Below are positions 44,740-49,179 of a DNA stretch of 49,179 nt, piece after piece. The notes under the pieces are model-generated. The model ran no database searches. It was not told the origin of the DNA and was given only the letters and a program-made list of their open reading frames with translations. Location of the stretch: assembly GCA_964500975.1 (NCBI GenBank), contig CAZCQW010000009.1:2823-52001 (forward strand), read 5' to 3'. The stretch comes from an uncultured Gammaproteobacteria bacterium. Its GTDB lineage: Bacteria; Patescibacteriota; Patescibacteriia; Patescibacteriales; UBA12465. The position numbers and the translations under genes are program-made. Each line of letters begins with the position of its first letter. Position 1 is the stretch's first letter.

Positions 44740-45894
44740 TTAATTTCTACTCGTTAAATTATTTTTTATAAATTCTCTAAAATCTTCAGTTTCTAACGGC
44801 TCCCCTGCTTTATTCATTAATTTATATTGGAGTCCTATTTCTTTTAACATGATTTTTCTATCAATATCATTAGGTAGGTTAAATTCTTTTTGAAAAAGCT
44901 CAAATGATATACCGCTTTCATTTATAACAAATTCAAGGGTATTGCTACCTCTAATATTTTCGGGTTCAATTTTTCCGGTAGAAGTTTTAACATTTGATTC
45001 AATGTTTTGCTGCCATAGAACTGGTGAAAATGATGCTCCTAAAATTGCCAAAGCAAACAATATTACGACTATCAAGCTGAACATATTTTTAGACATATTT
45101 TTTCCAAACATGGAAACAGTTAAGCTATTTTTTGGACATTCGCTAACACAATTTAAGCAACTAATACAATCAGCAGATTTTACTGATTCACTATGCTCAA
45201 CATCAAGACCAGCTGGACATGTATAGTTGCAGTGATTACACGATACGCATGTATTCTTGTCTCTATATAACCTAAAGAAACTTAATTTTTTAAATATACC
45301 TAAACTTGCCCCAAGTGGACAAAAATAACGACACCACAAACTCTTTGTAAATAACGATATAATTAATAATACTATTAAAATTGTATAGCCATAAACTTTT
45401 TCTTCCCATTCGTTACCTAAATGCATTAAAGCGTTGTATGGGTCGTAATTTCTAAAAACTAAATCGCCTAACTGATATGATAAGACAATAATGATTAATA
45501 ATATTAAATATTTTAAATAGCGTGCATACTTATCAATCAATATCGGTAACTCCAAATCCTTTTTTATTCCTATTTTTCTACCTAAACCTCTAATCATTTC
45601 CTGAAGAGCTCCTAGCGGGCAAAAATACCCGCAAAAAACTCTTCCGAAGAAGATTGTGAATATTAATACAATTACTAAAAGGGTAAATGAGCTAAGTAAA
45701 ATACGTTTTAAAAATTCACCAGTTGTTATATAGGTTAGTAAACTCTCAAATCCACCAAAGGGACAATAAGCATCAATTGGAGCTGCTTTTTCTACACCTA
45801 AATTTAAATGTTGCAGAGTTAAATAAAAGACCAAAAAAATTACAGCCAACTGAGAAATGCGTCTTAAATAATGCCAATTGATTTTATTTTTCAT
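44740..45894 (-). CDS. NapH/MauN-like membrane 4Fe-4S ferredoxin-type protein
   Basis: TM helices with CPFGG, CPLGALQE and CRYFCPLGA. Two CxxCxxCxxxCP clusters (CVSCNHCNYTCP, CISCLNCVSECP). Confidence 0.8.
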   Translation of the reverse strand: MKNKINWHYLRRISQLAVIFLVFYLTLQHLNLGVEKAAPIDAYCPFGGFESLLTYITTGEFLKRILLSSFTLLVIVLIFTIFFGRVFCGYFCPLGALQEMIRGLGRKIGIKKDLELPILIDKYARYLKYLILLIIIVLSYQLGDLVFRNYDPYNALMHLGNEWEEKVYGYTILIVLLIISLFTKSLWCRYFCPLGASLGIFKKLSFFRLYRDKNTCVSCNHCNYTCPAGLDVEHSESVKSADCISCLNCVSECPKNSLTVSMFGKNMSKNMFSLIVVILFALAILGASFSPVLWQQNIESNVKTSTGKIEPENIRGSNTLEFVINESGISFELFQKEFNLPNDIDRKIMLKEIGLQYKLMNKAGEPLETEDFREFIKNNLTSRN

Positions 45895-46201
45895 AGCTTT
45901 GAAAAAAATTTATTAATAATGAATTATATTTTTTAAATATTTTTTTATTAATTGAATAATAATTTCTTTGTTTGTCTTTCCTAATGCTTATTAGTTTTAA
46001 ATCCCTCAAAACTTTAAGATGACTTGAAGCTAAATTCTGCGACAAATCTAAACTATCATATATTTCACAGACACAAGCCTCGCCTTTCTTCAGGAGGCAC
46101 AATATTCGCAAACGATTCTCTTCGCCTATAACTTTAAAAAATTTTGATATTTCGTTAAATTCTAATGACGTTTTTTTATTAAAACACTGTTTATTTTTCA
46201 T
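45884..46201 (-). CDS. ArsR/SmtB-family metalloregulator
   Basis: ENRLRILCLLKKGEACVCEIYDSLDLSQNLASSHLKVLRDLKLI (CVC metal-site motif in the HTH). The ATG at 46201 is preferred over the TTG at 46213. Confidence 0.85.
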   Translation of the reverse strand: MKNKQCFNKKTSLEFNEISKFFKVIGEENRLRILCLLKKGEACVCEIYDSLDLSQNLASSHLKVLRDLKLISIRKDKQRNYYSINKKIFKKYNSLLINFFQSYEK

Positions 46202-46208
46202 ATGTTTA

Positions 46209-46253
46209 ATCAATATACATTGATATATTATCAGTTTTTATCTAATGGGTCAA
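46209..46253 (-). promoter_or_regulatory. arsR operon promoter (TTGACC-17-TAATAT) with operator-like inverted repeat
   Basis: ggtcaa at 46248-46253 and atatta at 46225-46230 on the plus strand. Inverted repeat atcaat(46209-46214)-4-attgat(46219-46224) lies between the -10 and the ATG. Confidence 0.6.
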
Positions 46254-46255
46254 TA

Positions 46256-46289
46256 AAACAAAAAAGACTCAATAAATATCAAGTCTTTT
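46256..46289 (-). terminator. intrinsic terminator
   Basis: aaaagact (46262-46269) / agtctttt (46282-46289), with a U-run on the minus strand. Confidence 0.75.
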
Positions 46290-46303
46290 CTTCTGTAGTA
46301 ATT

Positions 46304-46753
46304 TTATTTATTTTTCTTTAACAAGGCTAGGTCGGCGGTGATTTTTAAAATATTATCCTGAATATCTTTTAATAACCTTCTGTCTTGTTCGTCATCACTT
46401 TCTTCTTGAGCATCGTCTTCCTGTAGCTCTTCAACATCTTCCGCAATGTCTTCTACGTCTTCAGCGATCTCATCAACGTCTTTTTGAATTTCATCAATAT
46501 CCTTTTCAACCTCTTCCAAGCTTTCAGTATTACGGTTAATAGACATTTGAATAAAAATTGAGAGGTAAATTGCCTCTAAAGAAACAATAGTGGTGAGCAC
46601 AAGTAAAACTGTATCCCAGTTTCCATGGAGAAAACCAACAACAAAACATGAGGCAAATATTAGTGTGTGAATAATTAATGACGGGAATGATCCTATCCAC
46701 TCAATAAACGAATTAATTCTAATATCAATTTTTTTATTTTTTTCGGAACTCAT
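46304..46753 (-). CDS. small membrane protein (DUF1003 / low-affinity iron-permease-like core) with acidic coiled-coil tail
   Basis: Two TM helices (FPSLIIHTLIFASCFVVGF; LLVLTTIVSLEAIYLSIFIQMSINRN), then EEVEKDIDEIQKDVDEIAEDVEDIAEDVEELQEDD. Confidence 0.45.
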   Translation of the reverse strand: MSSEKNKKIDIRINSFIEWIGSFPSLIIHTLIFASCFVVGFLHGNWDTVLLVLTTIVSLEAIYLSIFIQMSINRNTESLEEVEKDIDEIQKDVDEIAEDVEDIAEDVEELQEDDAQEESDDEQDRRLLKDIQDNILKITADLALLKKNK

Positions 46754-46816
46754 ATAAGAATAATTAGTAATTTATCAACCCTAAAGAAGCATATCACAAA
46801 TTATTAAATTTGTAAT

Positions 46817-47389
46817 CTAGGCCTCTATTTTTACGCCAAACGAGTCCAGAAGTGACAAAATATCGGGATAGGAAAATTTAGCATTCTTTAATTTATTATC
46901 AACCGGATTAATGCAATAATCAACTGCGCCAACAAAATCGGCGTTCTCAAGATTTGTATGATAGAATTTACAAGCCGAGAGGCTTGATCCAGTAAAAATC
47001 GCCCCATGTAAATCTGTATTTATAAAATCAACCTCTTTCATTTGGCAATTTACGAATTTAGTTTCCTTAATTTCTAAATCACTAAAATCACAAATCATAA
47101 TTACACTTTCTTTAAATTCCCAGCTGATCAGAAGCTCATCAATGAGACCAAACCGTATACCCAATAATTTACATTTTTGAAATACTGCGCCCTGAAAACT
47201 ACAATTATTAACTTTGAGATTTGATAAATTACAATCTTGAAATATGCAATCAATAAATACAGAATTAGAAAAATCACAGTCAGTGAAATTGCATTTCTTG
47301 AATGTGCAGTTCGTGTATTCCCTGTCATTTAGCTTTTCTTCTAAGAATTGATTCCCGTGGAAAACTTCTTGATTATAAATCTGTTGCAT
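46817..47389 (-). CDS. pentapeptide-repeat protein (Qnr/MfpA-like size)
   Basis: 190 aa of A(D/N)LXX-type repeats: CTFKKCNFTDCDFSNSVFIDCIFQDCNLSNLKVNNCSFQGAVFQKCKL... Confidence 0.85.
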   Translation of the reverse strand: MQQIYNQEVFHGNQFLEEKLNDREYTNCTFKKCNFTDCDFSNSVFIDCIFQDCNLSNLKVNNCSFQGAVFQKCKLLGIRFGLIDELLISWEFKESVIMICDFSDLEIKETKFVNCQMKEVDFINTDLHGAIFTGSSLSACKFYHTNLENADFVGAVDYCINPVDNKLKNAKFSYPDILSLLDSFGVKIEA

Positions 47390-47427
47390 AGTATGAATTT
47401 AAGATTATATTCTTAATATGCTTTTTT

Positions 47428-47763
47428 TTATTTTTTAATAAGCATTTCAAATAGTGTTTGAATAATTGTTAAAACTATACTGAAAATCAAGGCGTTAATA
47501 AATCCTCCAACTTCAAAACCTTTAACAATGCTAGAGGCTAACATGATTATCAGGGCATTAATTACAAAGGTAAATAGTCCAAGAGTTAGGATGTTAATTG
47601 GTAAAGTCAAAAGCGCGAGCAAGGGTTTAATTAAAATATTTAAGAGTCCTATAACTAAAGATAAGATTAACGCGCTCCAAAATCCAGCCACTACAACGCC
47701 TGGGATTACGTAGCCCGCCATTAATATTGACAAGGCTGACGCAATCCATTCTATGATAATCAT
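47428..47763 (-). CDS. YvlD/DUF360 (phage-holin-4_2-type) membrane protein
   Basis: 111 aa, 3-4 TM helices, LLNILIKPLLALLTLPINILTLGLFTFVINALI pattern. Confidence 0.7.
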   Translation of the reverse strand: MIIIEWIASALSILMAGYVIPGVVVAGFWSALILSLVIGLLNILIKPLLALLTLPINILTLGLFTFVINALIIMLASSIVKGFEVGGFINALIFSIVLTIIQTLFEMLIKK

Positions 47764-47884
47764 ATTATTATTTATTAATTATTTAAATAGTAATTATATA
47801 GATAAGTATAGCAGTAATGACTTGCTTATAGTAGTCTGTCTGCTTGGTTTTTACTGAATATAAATAACTGTTTGAGTCTAATAA

Positions 47885-48472
47885 ACTACCACCGGTCACA
47901 TGACCGGTGGTATTTATCTTGCCCACCTTGTGGGCGAGGTGTCTAAAGTGGTAATTTCTGTATATTTACTTGATGATGTTCTTGATGTTTAACATAGTTT
48001 TGAATAGTCATCTCATCAACGCCAACGGTGGAAACAAAATACCCTTTTGCCCAGAGACTTCCCTTGGGTATCTTCTTGGTTTTCTTTTTGATCCATGCCG
48101 ACAACTTACCTTTGATTATGCTCATGACATAGGAAACAGAATACTTTGGTGGAATATCAATAACCAAATGAATGTGGTCATCGCCAATGTGCCAAGCAGA
48201 AATAGATAGACCATTCCATTTGGCGATTGCCTTGAATATTCGTCCTAGTTCTGCTTTAATATAATTATCAGCCATCACTTTTTCACGATATCGTGGTATC
48301 CACACCAAATGATACTGACAGCGATATCTGCAATGAGATAGTTGATACAGTTTAATACTGGAAATAAAAAATCACCTTCTTTCTAGACCTAAGAGAGGTG
48401 ATTTTATTTTAACATATTCCACTCCGAACGAGAGCTTCGCTCTAAACGCACACACCCGCTAAAGCGGGTGGT
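47885..48472 (-). mobile_element. IS200-type (IS200/IS605 family) insertion sequence, tnpA only; ends approximate
   Basis: Y1/HUH transposase flanked by GC-rich subterminal hairpins. Right end: 47888-47911 and 47918-47938. Left end: 48431-48443 and 48453-48470. A terminator-like hairpin sits at 48368-48405. All of this is in an otherwise AT-rich context. Confidence 0.7.
47943..48308 (-). CDS. tnpA: IS200/IS605-family Y1 (HUH) transposase TnpA
   Basis: HUH motif DDHIHLVIDIPP and catalytic Tyr region WAKGYFVSTVG. The frame is open upstream to 48371 (..IKLYQLSHCRYRCQYHL) without an ATG/GTG/TTG. Confidence 0.85.
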   Translation of the reverse strand: MVWIPRYREKVMADNYIKAELGRIFKAIAKWNGLSISAWHIGDDHIHLVIDIPPKYSVSYVMSIIKGKLSAWIKKKTKKIPKGSLWAKGYFVSTVGVDEMTIQNYVKHQEHHQVNIQKLPL

Positions 48473-48484
48473 TTTAATGGCTTA

Positions 48485-48514
48485 TAAAAACCCCGAAACA
48501 TATTTGTCTCGGGG
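48485..48514 (-). terminator. intrinsic terminator
   Basis: ccccgaaac (48491-48499) / gtctcgggg (48506-48514) with one mismatch, plus a U-run on the minus strand. Confidence 0.75.
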
Positions 48515-48551
48515 TAAAATATCGGTTAACATTTGCCTAAATTGTTATGGT

Positions 48552-49049
48552 TTAGCTTTTCGTCTGCGGAACGCTATCGCCGTAAATTTTTTCAAGTTCA
48601 CGAAGTTGATTGAAGAATTCTTCTAGCCCTAGTCGTGTTTGATAATTCGGGAAAACGGTTTCCTCCCAGCTTTTAAAAATTGGGTCAGATATACCTTCGC
48701 CAATATCTCCATTCCTCATAATTTTTAAATCGTTATATTCTGGCTCTTCATAAAGAGAGTCTGTAAAACAAAAAGATGTATAACTATTTTCTCCACTCAA
48801 AATTGATTTTAAGCTATGTCTTACTTGAATCTCTAACAAACGAGCGTCAACGCAATCAAATAAGTCTTCGGGAAAGAATACGCCATTTACTACGGGAAGT
48901 TTTTCAAATAATTCGCCCCAATTCACTATATTTTGATGAAGCTCTTTTTTAAACTTATCAAAATCATTCTTCTCTAAAATTCCAGCCATATTTTCTGGGA
49001 ACTCGGTGCTTTTAAGCAAAGAAATAATTTCTTCTTTCATTTTATTCAA
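48552..49049 (-). CDS. hypothetical protein (165 aa)
   Basis: ORF with a terminator and an upstream TTGACA-17-TATGCT site. No recognisable motif. Confidence 0.6.
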   Translation of the reverse strand: MNKMKEEIISLLKSTEFPENMAGILEKNDFDKFKKELHQNIVNWGELFEKLPVVNGVFFPEDLFDCVDARLLEIQVRHSLKSILSGENSYTSFCFTDSLYEEPEYNDLKIMRNGDIGEGISDPIFKSWEETVFPNYQTRLGLEEFFNQLRELEKIYGDSVPQTKS

Positions 49050-49179
49050 TTTTAAATGTTCAACAATGTATTTTTAAATATCAAAAAAGCATACAATAAG
49101 TATACTTTTTTGTCAATACAGTCCGCCTACATTCTGGTCCCAAGCTTAATTTAATACAAAAGACACCTCGTTTCAGGTA

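Noticed and set aside
47933-49170. 10-nt inverted match cgaggtgtct (47933-47942) / agacacctcg (49161-49170), possibly marking a larger composite element or a second IS end
   Set aside because: Only 10 nt match and the flanks diverge immediately. The second copy is at the window edge, so it cannot be extended. IS200-family elements do not have terminal inverted repeats. Worth rechecking only with sequence beyond 49179.
1-49179. CRISPR arrays, rRNA, tRNA, prophage or defence islands
   Set aside because: No regularly spaced direct repeats, no rRNA/tRNA signatures, and no integrase, RT, Cas or restriction-type proteins were recognisable in any frame. The only mobile-element signal is the IS200-type unit.

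Overview
AT-rich window (hand counts give about 20-35% G+C). It is very gene-dense, most genes lie on the minus strand, and I found no rRNA, tRNA or CRISPR array. The gene content fits a streamlined Patescibacteria/CPR-like bacterium, but that taxonomic call is inference only. The supporting signs are a DUF4012 protein, domain-pruned repair proteins, near-consensus TTGACA-17-TATAAT promoters, almost no Shine-Dalgarno motifs and many small orphan genes. Gene order, left to right: (1) a surface-polysaccharide locus (Wzz-like, two GT4 glycosyltransferases, O-antigen-ligase-like protein, GH-like protein, a frameshift-split DUF4012 gene, a wHTH regulator); (2) a large PP2C-like membrane protein; (3) rplJ-rplL with an L10-leader attenuator; (4) uvrC, then a 350-nt structured spacer, then a tightly packed cyt-b5 lipoprotein-MFS-uvrB-uvrA string; (5) a cold-shock-type cluster (DEAD-box helicase, a GC-rich 70-aa orphan, CspA, an RGG/zinc-ribbon/Lys-rich protein); (6) housekeeping and transport genes (P-type ATPase, flavoproteins, tandem Nudix, ABC-F, zwf, TrmH, CPA2 antiporter, YibE/F); (7) a seven-gene ArsR-headed string (membrane 4Fe-4S protein, Trx-TrxR fusion, DUF318 permease, two hydrolases, NDT-like protein); (8) a pentapeptide-repeat protein, a YvlD-type membrane protein and a small IS200-type element. 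The most interesting items are: the ArsR redox/permease operon; the co-pruned UvrABC set (UvrA without insertion domain, UvrB and UvrC both without UVR domains); a candidate about 310-nt plus-strand sRNA between uvrA and uvrC; a conserved GC hairpin leader shared by two operons; an unusual RGG/Zn-ribbon/K-rich protein apparently co-transcribed with cspA; a hemerythrin gene remnant; and an IS200 tnpA with no canonical start codon. All functional calls come from motif recognition by eye. No database search was run.
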